Source: Candidatus Marinacidobacterales bacterium (GTDB lineage Bacteria > Acidobacteriota > Vicinamibacteria > Marinacidobacterales > DATDRI01). Taken from it: DNA of 64,000 nucleotides. Both the position numbers and the translations under genes were made by a program. The notes below the pieces were generated by a model that saw only the letters and a program-made list of their open reading frames with translations, was not told the DNA's origin and searched no databases. Each line of letters opens with the position of its first letter. The first letter of the stretch is position 1. The DNA lies in NCBI GenBank assembly GCA_965226495.1, contig OZ245365.1, forward strand, positions 4,512,001 to 4,576,000, written 5' to 3'. Below, in pieces: positions 10,837 through 20,666 of this stretch.

Positions 10837-13569
10837 CGATCGCCTCGGGAACCAAGCTCGGGCCGTACGAAGTTCTCGAACCCATTGGCGCCGGTGGAAT
10901 GGGCGAAGTCTACAAAGCCACCGACACGCGACTCGATCGCACCGTCGCCATCAAGGTCCTCCCCTCATGCCCGCTTCGCCATCAAGGTCCTCCCCTCACA
11001 TGTATCCGACCACCCGCAGGTCCGGGAGCGATTCGAGCGCGAGGCGCGCACGATTTCCCAATTGAACCATCCCCACATCTGTACTTTGCATGACGTCGGT
11101 CGGGAGAACGGCGTCGACTTCTTGGTGATGGAGCACATCGAGGGAGATACGCTCGCGGACCGCATCGGCAAGGGCGCGCTTCCTTTGGACCAAGCGCTCC
11201 AGTACGGGATCGAAATCGCTGACGCGTTAGACAAGGCCCATCGTCAAGGCGTTGTTCACCGGGACCTCAAACCCGGCAACGTCATGCTGACAAAATCGGG
11301 TGCTAAGCTCTTGGATTTCGGACTGGCCAAGACAGGTATGGCGGTCGCGGGATCCGATGTCTCGGAGTTGGCTACGGAGGCAAGGCCCCTCACCGAACAA
11401 GGAACCATTCTGGGAACCCTGCAGTACATGGCCCCCGAACAGCTAGAGGGAAAAGACGCCGACGCGCGCACCGACATCTTTGCCCTTGGTGGCGTGGTTT
11501 ACGAGATGGTGACAGGGCGCCGAGCATTCGAAGGAAAGAGCCCGGCTAGTGTCATCGGGGCGATTCTCAGAGACGACCCTCCACCTTTATCGACCGTTCA
11601 GCCGATGACTCCTCCGCTGTTAGACCACGTGATCCGAAGATGTCTGGCCAAGGCGCCCGACGATCGCTGGCAGACGGCATCGGATGTAATGCTGGAGTTG
11701 AAATGGCTCGCCGAAGGCGGGGTTTCTTCCGGAATCTCAGCTCCTGAGCCGGTACCGCGGACGCGCCATCAAAAAACGTTCGCGACGCTGGCTGCACTGT
11801 TCTTCGTCACGACCGTGGTTCTTGGGCTCGCCTACTACCGGAGCGTCCAGGAAACACCACCAGTGATTCGGGCCATCGTTCCTCCTCCTGACGGAACTCG
11901 CTATTTGTCCACCGCTCTAGCCGGATTCGTGGGTGCCGGTCCCGTGGCGCTCTCTCCGGATGGAAGCCAGTTGGCCTTCGTCGCAAGAGGAAAAGGCGAA
12001 GACGTCCTATGGGTACGCGCTCTTGATTCCTTGACCGCGCGACCCCTCCCCGGCACCGAGGGGGCTCGCTACCCATTCTGGTCGCCCGACGGGAGCATGA
12101 TCGGCTTCGATGCAGACGGCAAGCTAAAAAAAATTGATTTAGACGGCGGACCTCCAGTGACCATTTGTACGACCGATCAATCGCGCGGCGCAAGTTGGAG
12201 CCGAAAAGGCGTCATCGTCTTCACGCCATGGGTCCGAAATCCTTTGTTTCAGGTGTCGGAAAACGGAGGTGAGCCGGTTCAGCTCACGGAACTCGACTCG
12301 GCGCGGGGAGAAACCAGTCACCGTTGGCCTTATTTCCTTCCCAACGGTAACCACTTTCTGTATTTTGCCCGGATCGGCAGTGGAGAGGACGCAGTGGTCA
12401 GCAACGCCGTCATGCTGGGCTCACTGGATGGCAAGACGAGCAAATTGCTGCTGAACGCAGACGGTAACGCTGCGTACGGAGCGGGCCACCTACTATTCAT
12501 GAGAGAAAACATTCTCATGGGGCAACGCCTCGAACTCGACAATCTCCGGCTGACGGGCAGCCCCTTCCCTATCGTGCAAGAAGTCGAGTTCGATCCTCCC
12601 TACTCGAGGGGTGTCTTCTCTGTCTCAGAAAACGGTGTCTTGGCTTACCAGGCACGCGATGTCGCGGCGGAAACTTCGACCCTTGTTTGGTTCGACCGAG
12701 ACGGCAAGCAACTCGGGTCGCTTGGAGAGCCCGACCTCTATTTCGGACCTCAGATTTCGTCTGACGGAAAAAAGGTTGTGGCGGGCGTGGGAGTTGGTCT
12801 TTCGGACCTGTGGATCTTTGATGTGGCGCGGCCTGTTCCGACGCGGTTCACGCTTCATAGGGCGGCTAATAAAGAACCGGTTTGGTCGCCTGACGGAACT
12901 CGTATTGCATTCTCCTCCAACCAGAATCCAGAGGGGAAACCACCAACCGCCTCCAACATCTTTGTTAAGCCCGTGGCTGGCTCTGGTGATCTGGAACCGC
13001 TGATTGAGGGCGAATTCCCCAAGTATCCTCACAGCTGGTCGCCGGATGGTCGTTTTTTCGCCTACACGGCCCTTAGGGAGAACACAAAGTCGGACATTCT
13101 AATCCTACCGCTGTTCGGTGACAGAAAGACTTTTGACTACCTTGCGACCCCCGAGAGCGAGGGAGGAGGCGAATTCTCTCCCGACGGACGATGGTTCGCC
13201 TACAACGCCGAACACGCGGGACGGTGGGAAGTCTACGTCGCATCCTTCCCCAAGCCGGAGCTCAAAACCCGGATCTCGACGGGCGGGGGTTGGCAACCCA
13301 CTTGGAGAGGAGACGGGCGGGAGATTTTCTACATTGCCAACGATGGTCAATTGATGGCTGTGGCAATCGACCAGGATAGCGAGTCTCTAGAGGTTGGCCG
13401 CACGAAGGCTTTGTTCCCGACGCAAACGACCAGAACTTTTGAACCGAGGTTCGGAGCCTACGATGTCTCGAACGACGGTCAGAGATTTCTAGTGAACACG
13501 TTGGTCGAGACGCCAAGGGTGGCCGCGATTACTTTGGTGACTAATTGGACGGCGGAGTTTGAGCAATGA
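10833..13569 (+). CDS. Ser/Thr protein kinase-TM-beta-propeller (array gene 4); apparent frameshift at ~10968 from a 31-bp insertion/duplication
   Basis: N-terminus [14 protein letters not shown]...VAIKVLPS is in one frame and the remainder is in ORF 10885-13569. tcgccatcaaggtcctcccctca is duplicated. Confidence 0.9.
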
Positions 13570-16247
13570 CTCTTAGCGCCGGCGCCAAGCTGGGACCTTA
13601 CGAAATTCTCGAGCCCATCGGCGCGGGTGGAATGGGCGAAGTCTACAAAGCCACCGACACGCGGCTCGAGCGCACGGTCGCCATCAAGGTCCTTCCCTCT
13701 CACGTCTCCGACCACCCGCAGGTCCGGGAACGATTCGAGCGCGAGGCCCGCACGATCTCTCAATTGAACCATCCCCACATCTGCACGTTGCACGATGTCG
13801 GCCGAGAAAACGGCGTCGACTTCCTGGTGATGGAGCACATCGAGGGAGAGACCGTGGCGGAGCGATTACAGAAGGGTCCGTTGCCGGTCGAAGAGGCCTT
13901 GAAACACGCCATCGAGATTGCCGACGCACTCGACAAGGCGCATCGCCAGGGCGTGGTACACCGCGACCTCAAGCCCGGCAACATCATGCTCACGAAGTCC
14001 GGCGCGAAGCTCCTGGATTTTGGACTCGCCAAGACGGGAGTTGCTGGCTCCGGGCCGGACCTCTCCGGTGTGGCAACCGAGGCGCAGCCCCTCACCGAGC
14101 AAGGAGCCATCCTTGGGACCTTTCAATACATGGCGCCCGAGCAGCTCGAAGGCAAGGAGGCCGATGCACGGACCGACATCTTCGCCTTTGGTGCGGTTCT
14201 CTACGAAACGTTAACTGGCCAAAGAGCCTTCCACGGCAAGAGCCAGGCGAGTCTGATCACATCGATCATGGGAAGTGAGCCATCCGCCATCTCGTCTATC
14301 CAGTCCATGACGCCGCCGTTGCTGGATCACGTGGTGAAGCGTTGTCTCGCCAAGGATCCCGACGAGCGTTGGCAATCTGCGTCCGATGTGATGCGGGAGC
14401 TGAAGTGGATTACAGGGGAAGGCTCGAGCACGACGGTGCTGCCATCCGCAAAGGCTCGCTCGCGGCCCGCCCATTGGATTGCCATCGGCTTCGCCGCCGG
14501 CGCGATACTGGCGGGACTCGGGGTTTGGAGCCTTGTCGACCCGGACCCGCCGCCCGCCGTGCCTCGGCACCTGTCCATCAACCTGCCCGCCGAAGCCCCG
14601 TATCAATCCGATCGCCTTCACGCACTCTCACCCGACGGGACGCAGCTTGCGTACGTTGCTGCTACGGAAGATGGTTTGCGACTCTACATACGCTCCTTGG
14701 ACCAGCTCGATGTCACGCCTTTAGCCGGAACCGAGAATGCCGCTGGTCCTTTCTTCTCCCCGGACGGCGAGTGGGTGGGTTTTTTTGAATGGCCCGGCGG
14801 GAAGTTAAAAAAAATCAACGTCCGCGGAGGTCCTCCGATGACCCTGTCCGATACGCCGGCCCTATTGGGTGCGTCGTGGGCCGAGGACGATCACATCGTC
14901 TTCGCCGGAGCACCGAGTGAATCGGGAGTCGGCCTGTATCGGGTTCCTGCGAGGGGAGGCACTCCAGAGGTCCTTACGACGCCGGATCTCGCAAGCGGCG
15001 AGACCATGCATCGCTGGCCACAAGTTCTACCGGGTGAGAAGGCCATCCTCTTCACGGTCACGGGTGGTGGAAGCAACGCGGACCGCATTGCGGTTCTTTC
15101 GCTGGAAACGGGCGAGTACCGGACCGTGATCGAGGCGGGCTATTACGGGAAATACGTACCCACCGGCCACATCGTTTACGCTCTGGGCGGAACGTTAATG
15201 GCAGCCCCCTTCAATCTGGCGAAACTCCAAATAACGGGTCCTCCCGCCCCGGTGCTTCAGGGCGTCCGTGACAATTCCGGATTCGCCTTGGCCAATTTCG
15301 ATTTCTCGGAGGACGGATCCCTGGTCTACCTTCCTGACACGGCGGCCGGACGGGCGACTCTGGTCGCGGTCGACCGTACGGGAGGAGAGGTCCAGGCGCT
15401 CGTGGCAGAACCGCTCGAGAATCCTCGAGGCATCCGGGTTTCACCCGATGGTCGGCGGTTGGCGCTCATTACTGGTTCAGGGGGGGATGTTGGAGACCTC
15501 TGGGTCTATCCTCTCGATGGCCGTCCTCCGACTCGCTTGACATTCGCTGGAAGTGACGGCACGCCCGTTTGGGTGCAGGACGGCAGCCAAATCGCTTTTT
15601 CCTCGACGCGAGAGGACGGAAGAAACCTTTACAAGATCCCATCCGACGGAAGCAACCTCGAGCCGGAGCTACTGCTAAAGAGTCCACACGTCAAATATCT
15701 TCGGGCATGGTCCCAACAGACGGAGGAGCTGATCTTCGATCAGGGCGGCCCGGGCGACATTATGACGATTCCGATTGAAGGTGAGCACGAGCCGCGGGCT
15801 TTGGTAACGGGGAAGGATTCAGAGGGTTTGAGCTCGCTTTCATCCGATGGTCGATGGCTCGCCTACGTGTCGATGGTGACGGGTCGTTACGAGGTGTGGG
15901 TGCGGCCGTACCCGGGGCCAGGTGCGCCGACAAGAATCTCGCCCAACGGTGGGTTGGAGCCGGTATGGGGACCCGGCGATGAGGAGCTCTTTTACCTAGA
16001 GGGCGGTAACAAGATAATGGCCGTGAAAATCTTCCTTGAACCAGAGCTCCGGTTCGAGGCTCCCAAAATGTTGTTCGAGGGGCCGTACTCGCACAACGTC
16101 GCTGTTGCGCCCACGTACGACGTCGGACCCGACGGCCGGTTCATTATGGCCAAGCCCATCGGTGGTGACGAGTCAGAACGCCGCGAATTTGTCATGATCC
16201 TCAATTGGTTCGAGGAATTGAAGAAGCTCGTACCCACGGATAACTGA
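13566..16247 (+). CDS. Ser/Thr protein kinase-TM-beta-propeller (array gene 5)
   Basis: Intact kinase motifs, TM segment, SPDG repeats, ATGA overlap with gene 4. Confidence 0.95.
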   Translation: MTLSAGAKLGPYEILEPIGAGGMGEVYKATDTRLERTVAIKVLPSHVSDHPQVRERFEREARTISQLNHPHICTLHDVGRENGVDFLVMEHIEGETVAERLQKGPLPVEEALKHAIEIADALDKAHRQGVVHRDLKPGNIMLTKSGAKLLDFGLAKTGVAGSGPDLSGVATEAQPLTEQGAILGTFQYMAPEQLEGKEADARTDIFAFGAVLYETLTGQRAFHGKSQASLITSIMGSEPSAISSIQSMTPPLLDHVVKRCLAKDPDERWQSASDVMRELKWITGEGSSTTVLPSAKARSRPAHWIAIGFAAGAILAGLGVWSLVDPDPPPAVPRHLSINLPAEAPYQSDRLHALSPDGTQLAYVAATEDGLRLYIRSLDQLDVTPLAGTENAAGPFFSPDGEWVGFFEWPGGKLKKINVRGGPPMTLSDTPALLGASWAEDDHIVFAGAPSESGVGLYRVPARGGTPEVLTTPDLASGETMHRWPQVLPGEKAILFTVTGGGSNADRIAVLSLETGEYRTVIEAGYYGKYVPTGHIVYALGGTLMAAPFNLAKLQITGPPAPVLQGVRDNSGFALANFDFSEDGSLVYLPDTAAGRATLVAVDRTGGEVQALVAEPLENPRGIRVSPDGRRLALITGSGGDVGDLWVYPLDGRPPTRLTFAGSDGTPVWVQDGSQIAFSSTREDGRNLYKIPSDGSNLEPELLLKSPHVKYLRAWSQQTEELIFDQGGPGDIMTIPIEGEHEPRALVTGKDSEGLSSLSSDGRWLAYVSMVTGRYEVWVRPYPGPGAPTRISPNGGLEPVWGPGDEELFYLEGGNKIMAVKIFLEPELRFEAPKMLFEGPYSHNVAVAPTYDVGPDGRFIMAKPIGGDESERREFVMILNWFEELKKLVPTDN

Positions 16248-16248
16248 T

Positions 16249-18918
16249 ATGCCACTTGCCGCCGACACGCAGTTGGGGCCGTACAAGATCCTCTCGTCTA
16301 TCGGGGCAGGTGGCATGGGCGAAGTCTACAAAGCCACCGACACGCGACTCGATCGCATCGTCGCCATCAAGGTTCTCCCCTCTCACGTATCTGACCACCC
16401 ACAGGTCCGGGAGCGATTCGAGCGGGAGGCCCGCACCATCTCTCAACTAAACCATCCCCACATCTGTACGTTGCACGACGTCGGCCGAGAAAACGGCATC
16501 GATTTTCTGGTGATGGAGCACATCGAGGGCGAAACACTCGCCGACCGCATCGGCAAGGGCGCGCTGCCTCTGGATCAAGCACTGCAGTACGGGATCGAGA
16601 TCGCGGACGCGCTCGACAAGGCGCATCGTCAAGGCGTGGTGCATCGTGATCTAAAGCCCGGCAACATCATGCTCACGAAGTCGGGCGCGAAGCTCCTGGA
16701 TTTTGGGCTCGCCAAGACCGGAGTCGCCGGCTCCGGTCCGGACCTCTCCGGTGTGGCGACCGAGGCGCAGCCCCTCACCGCACAAGGAGCCATCCTCGGA
16801 ACATTTCAATACATGGCGCCCGAGCAGCTCGAAGGCAAGGAAGCCGACGCGCGGACCGACATCTTCGCGTTCGGTGCGGTCCTTTATGAAATGTTGACCG
16901 GGCAGAGGGCGTTTCACGGCAAGAGCCAGGCGAGTCTGATCGGCTCGATTCTCAAGGACGAACCCCCGCCCATCAGCACCGTCCAGGCGATGACGCCGCC
17001 GGCGCTGGATCACGTGATCCGCAGGTGCATGGCCAAGGAACCGGAAGAGCGTTGGCAGGCGGCGTCGGACGTCATGCGGGAGCTCAAATGGGTCACGGGG
17101 GAGGGCTCGAGCGCCGCGGTGCTCCCCGCGGGAAGAACACAGTCGCGGCTCGTTCCTGTACTGGCTATCGGGATCGTCGTCGGTGCGTTGGTGGCGGGTC
17201 TCGCTGTTTGGGCAATAGTGGGGTCCGACCCGGCCGAGCCAACTCGGCGATTGTCTATCAATCTGCCCGCTCCGCTTGGCTGGGGATTCGCCATGTCTCC
17301 CGACGGGACACGGCTTGTGTATGGGGCCTCGTCTGGCGGTGGCAGGCAACTCCACGTCCGCTCCCTCGACCAGCTCGATGTCACGCCGCTAGCCGGGACC
17401 GAAAATGCTGCCCAGCCATTCTTCTCTCCGGACGGAGAGTGGGTGGGGTTCATTGAATACCCCGAAGCCAAATTGAAAAAAGTCTCCGTCCACGGTGGCG
17501 CAGCACCCATGACTCTGTGCGAAACCTCCGCCCCGAGCGGCGCATCCTGGGCCACTGACGGTTACATTATCTTTGCGAAAGAGGCCGACGAGGGTTACGG
17601 GCTGTTTCGTGTTCCAGCACGAGGCGGCGTGCCTGAGGCCCTTACGACGCCCGACACCGCCAACAACGAGCTTTACCACAGGTACCCACAGGTTCTACCA
17701 AATGGCAACGATGTCCTTTTCACCATCACGGGCGGTGGCACCAACCCTGACCGGATCGCGGTTCTTTCGCTGGACTCCGGCGAATACCGCACCGTGGTTG
17801 AAACGGGTTACTACGGGAGGTATGTACCTAGCGGTCACATCATCTATGCCGTAGGCGGGACGCTCATGGCGGTTCCGTTCGATCTCGGAAGTCTCGAGGC
17901 GACCGGTTTTGCGGCCCCGGTGCTGGAGAACGTTTTCCACACTCGCGGGTTCAGCAGGGCATCTTTCGATTTCTCCCAGGACGGGACCCTAATCTACCTC
18001 TCGGGGTCGACGCCCGATCCGGCAACCCTGGTGTCGGTCGATCGTGACGGGAGAGAGCTTGGGGCGTTCGTTGAGGAACCGCTCGAGAATCCTCGCGGGA
18101 TTCGCCTTTCTCCGGATGGTCGGCGAGTCGTCCTGGTCTCGGGCCAGGGGAATGACGCCGGGGATCTATGGGTCTACGACCGAGACGGCCGTCCGCCCAT
18201 TCGTTTGACGTTCGATGGTAGCAACAGCCGACCCGTTTGGATTCTAGACGGCACACGAATCGCATTTTCATCGACGCGCACCGGCTCCCTCGATCTCTTC
18301 TCGATCCCCGCCGATGGCAGTAACTCCGACCCCGAGCTTCTCTTCACAAGTCAAGACGCTAAGCACGCACGAACCTGGTCGCCCCAGACCGGGGAGCTCC
18401 TCTTCGACCATGTCCTCCCCGATACCATCTCCGACATCTTCGCGATCCCGGTCGAAGGGGAGCGCGAACCCAAAGCTGTTGTCCAGGGGAAACCGATCGA
18501 AGGCCTGAGCTCGCTTTCCTCCGACGGTCGATGGCTCGCCTATGTGTCGACCCTGACAGGCGGCGGTTTCGAGGTGTGGGTGAGACCGTATCCCGGCCCG
18601 GGTACCGCTACGCGGGTTTCACGCGACGGAGGTGAGCAGCCGGTCTGGGGGCCGGGTGATGAGGAACTGTACTATCTTGAGGGGAACAAAATGATGGCGG
18701 CGAAGTTTCATACCGAACCGAATTTTCGGTTCGAAGCGCCGGCAGCGTTATTCGAAGGGGGGTACTCGCACATCCTTCAAGCTGCACCCACCTACGACGT
18801 AGGCCCCGACGGACTGTTCGTGATGGCGAAGCCCACCGGCGGGGAGGAATCAGGAAGGGAGCTCGTCGTCGTTCTCAACTGGTTCGAGGAGCTCGAACGG
18901 CTAGTCCCTACCAAGTAG
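16249..18918 (+). CDS. Ser/Thr protein kinase-TM-beta-propeller (array gene 6)
   Basis: Intact kinase motifs, TM segment, SPDG repeats. Propeller closely related to gene 5. Confidence 0.95.
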   Translation: MPLAADTQLGPYKILSSIGAGGMGEVYKATDTRLDRIVAIKVLPSHVSDHPQVRERFEREARTISQLNHPHICTLHDVGRENGIDFLVMEHIEGETLADRIGKGALPLDQALQYGIEIADALDKAHRQGVVHRDLKPGNIMLTKSGAKLLDFGLAKTGVAGSGPDLSGVATEAQPLTAQGAILGTFQYMAPEQLEGKEADARTDIFAFGAVLYEMLTGQRAFHGKSQASLIGSILKDEPPPISTVQAMTPPALDHVIRRCMAKEPEERWQAASDVMRELKWVTGEGSSAAVLPAGRTQSRLVPVLAIGIVVGALVAGLAVWAIVGSDPAEPTRRLSINLPAPLGWGFAMSPDGTRLVYGASSGGGRQLHVRSLDQLDVTPLAGTENAAQPFFSPDGEWVGFIEYPEAKLKKVSVHGGAAPMTLCETSAPSGASWATDGYIIFAKEADEGYGLFRVPARGGVPEALTTPDTANNELYHRYPQVLPNGNDVLFTITGGGTNPDRIAVLSLDSGEYRTVVETGYYGRYVPSGHIIYAVGGTLMAVPFDLGSLEATGFAAPVLENVFHTRGFSRASFDFSQDGTLIYLSGSTPDPATLVSVDRDGRELGAFVEEPLENPRGIRLSPDGRRVVLVSGQGNDAGDLWVYDRDGRPPIRLTFDGSNSRPVWILDGTRIAFSSTRTGSLDLFSIPADGSNSDPELLFTSQDAKHARTWSPQTGELLFDHVLPDTISDIFAIPVEGEREPKAVVQGKPIEGLSSLSSDGRWLAYVSTLTGGGFEVWVRPYPGPGTATRVSRDGGEQPVWGPGDEELYYLEGNKMMAAKFHTEPNFRFEAPAALFEGGYSHILQAAPTYDVGPDGLFVMAKPTGGEESGRELVVVLNWFEELERLVPTK

Positions 18919-18922
18919 AGCT

Positions 18923-19282
18923 CTACGACTTCTTCACTCCGTAGGCCTTCAGCAGTCTCCCGATCTGAGTACGGCTCACGGGAAGCACGCGGTTCACCGG
19001 AGGCTCAAGCTTGAGCTCCCAGTCCTCTCCTTTGCGTCGCCGCCGGATCTCTCGGATCCGTCCCAGGTTGACGCCATGGTTGTGGTGCACGCGGAGGAAT
19101 CCGTGAGGTGCAAAGAAAGGGAAAACCTCACCCAGAGAGCGAACGTCCCGGAGCCTTCGGGCGCGCCGGGTGCGTACCAGGGTCTCGTCTCCCACCGCCT
19201 CGAGAAAGTACACATCGGCGGGGTCGATGGGCACCCGTCGGTACTCGGAAAGGTGGAGGAGGACGCGCTCGATTCGAGCCAT
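18923..19282 (-). CDS. Stand-alone LytTR DNA-binding domain protein
   Basis: 119 aa with DVYFLEA...FLRVHHNHGVNL...LPVSR, matching the LytTR pattern (F.RvHrsyiVN...lpVSR). Confidence 0.85.
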   Translation of the reverse strand: MARIERVLLHLSEYRRVPIDPADVYFLEAVGDETLVRTRRARRLRDVRSLGEVFPFFAPHGFLRVHHNHGVNLGRIREIRRRRKGEDWELKLEPPVNRVLPVSRTQIGRLLKAYGVKKS

Positions 19283-19300
19283 CGGGAACTTCTAGCACAC

Positions 19301-19368
19301 GTTGCCGTTCCAGGGAACCCGTTGCGGCTCTGGGAGGATGAGCTGCGGTTATAAGGAACCGATTGCGG
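19301..19368. promoter_or_regulatory. Four imperfect direct repeats (TGC[C/G]G core, 20-21 bp period), candidate LytTR operator
   Basis: gttgccg (19301), gttgcgg (19321), gctgcgg (19342), attgcgg (19362), immediately upstream of the LytTR gene. Confidence 0.55.
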
Positions 19369-19400
19369 AGGTACGATGACTCGAGTTCGGAGTTGAACTG

Positions 19401-19429
19401 CGTCTGGACGGAGTAACCAAAAGTAACAG
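19401..19429. repeat. GTTAC-N5-GTTAC + GTCC(A)GAC motif, inverted relative to the 2608 copy
   Basis: Reverse complement ctGTTACttttgGTTACtccGTCCAGACg, compared with ctGTTACctttcGTTACtaaacttGTCCGGACg. Confidence 0.65.
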
Positions 19430-19508
19430 CTATGGGCTCCTCGATGCGTCAGGACGACCCGTCGATTGATATCTTGGAAGCCCAGCGATACCCTGTAATG
19501 CAGAAACC

Positions 19509-19742
19509 GTGAAGACCAAAGAGGCCGTGATCCAGAGTTCGAAGGACATCCTTGGGGGCACGCCTGTGTTCAAAGGCACACGGGTCCCTATCAGGACGCT
19601 GCTCGATTACCTTGAAGCAGGGGATCGGCTGAGCGACTTCTTGAGTGACTTTCCCACCGTGGGTCGCGAACAAGCTTTGGAGGTACTGCAGCTTGCGAAA
19701 GAAGCCCTTCTGAGCCACCCGAATGAAGCTGCTTCTGGATGA
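19509..19742 (+). CDS. DUF433-domain antitoxin
   Basis: ILGGTPVFKGTRVPI...FPTV signature; overlaps the downstream PIN-like gene. Confidence 0.9.
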   Translation: MKTKEAVIQSSKDILGGTPVFKGTRVPIRTLLDYLEAGDRLSDFLSDFPTVGREQALEVLQLAKEALLSHPNEAASG

Positions 19743-20043
19743 ATCTCTCCCGCGTCGCCTAAAAAACGAGCTTTCTCAACACGAAGTGACGACCGTCCCG
19801 GAACGGGGCTGGGCCGGAAAGACAAACGGCGAGCTGCTCAGACTGGCATCCGGTCTGTTTGACGTTTTCGTCACAGCGGATCAAGGGCTCGAGTACCAGC
19901 AAAATTTGGCGAATGTCCAGACCGCCGTGGTTGTACTTCTGGCGCCGACGAACCGTTTCCATGACCTGAAGCCGCTTGTGCCGCGGATTCTCGAGGTGCT
20001 CAACGAAGCTAGGCCGGGTATCCTGATCCGCGTCGGTGCGTGA
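19723..20043 (+). CDS. DUF5615 PIN-like toxin (VapC45/Mut7-C-like)
   Basis: MKLLLDESLP...FVTADQGLEYQQN, paired with DUF433. Confidence 0.85.
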   Translation: MKLLLDESLPRRLKNELSQHEVTTVPERGWAGKTNGELLRLASGLFDVFVTADQGLEYQQNLANVQTAVVVLLAPTNRFHDLKPLVPRILEVLNEARPGILIRVGA

Positions 20044-20077
20044 GGACGTCGTGATGATGTCGCGCTCCTCAACCCAA

Positions 20078-20662
20078 CTACGCGCTCTTCCCCCACGGAA
20101 AGTAGTAAAGCGCTTCTGCGGTTTTGTCGGCGGTCTCTTTCCCGGCAATCTTAGCGACAAGTGCGAGCGACGCGTCGTAGGTATGCAATTCCCCAATCGA
20201 GCTCATCATGTTGCCGTCGGTGACGATGTGCTCGTTGTCGACAACCTTCGCCTCGGGGAAACGCTTGGCCAGGTCTTCGGTCCCACCGATGTATGTGGTG
20301 ACTCTCCGGCCTTCGAGGAGGCACGCCTTGCCGAGTAGGAAGGCTCCGGCGCAATTGCTGGCGACGAACTTCGCTTTCTCGGCCCGGTCCTTGATGAATC
20401 CAATGAGCTTTTCGTTAGCCAGTAAGGGCTCCACGTCGAGGCCGCTCGGGACGACCAAGACATCTATCGGCGGGCAATTCGCGAAGTCGTAGTCGGGCTC
20501 GATACGTAGGCCCTCCTCGCTGACGATGATCCTCTTTTCTTCCGCGACCAGAAAGGGCTCGAACGGAACCGACCCCTTCTTCCCCGCTTTGGCGAAGATC
20601 TCGATGGGCGCTGTGACTTCACTCGTCAAGAATTTATCGAATACAACGATACCAACCTTCAT
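20078..20662 (-). CDS. DJ-1/PfpI family protein
   Basis: DVLVVPSG and ASNCAGAFLL (nucleophile Cys). GGAGG RBS precedes the ATG at 20662. Confidence 0.85.
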   Translation of the reverse strand: MKVGIVVFDKFLTSEVTAPIEIFAKAGKKGSVPFEPFLVAEEKRIIVSEEGLRIEPDYDFANCPPIDVLVVPSGLDVEPLLANEKLIGFIKDRAEKAKFVASNCAGAFLLGKACLLEGRRVTTYIGGTEDLAKRFPEAKVVDNEHIVTDGNMMSSIGELHTYDASLALVAKIAGKETADKTAEALYYFPWGKSA

Positions 20663-20666
20663 TCTT

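Noticed and set aside
2783-18918. Diversity-generating retroelement acting on the propellers
   Set aside because: No reverse transcriptase in the window and no template/variable repeat pair differing only at adenines.
2608-19429. Intact Tn7/Mu-like transposon (TGT...ACA ends)
   Set aside because: No target-site duplication (flanks gggac vs gctat) and no transposase; kept only as a boundary motif.
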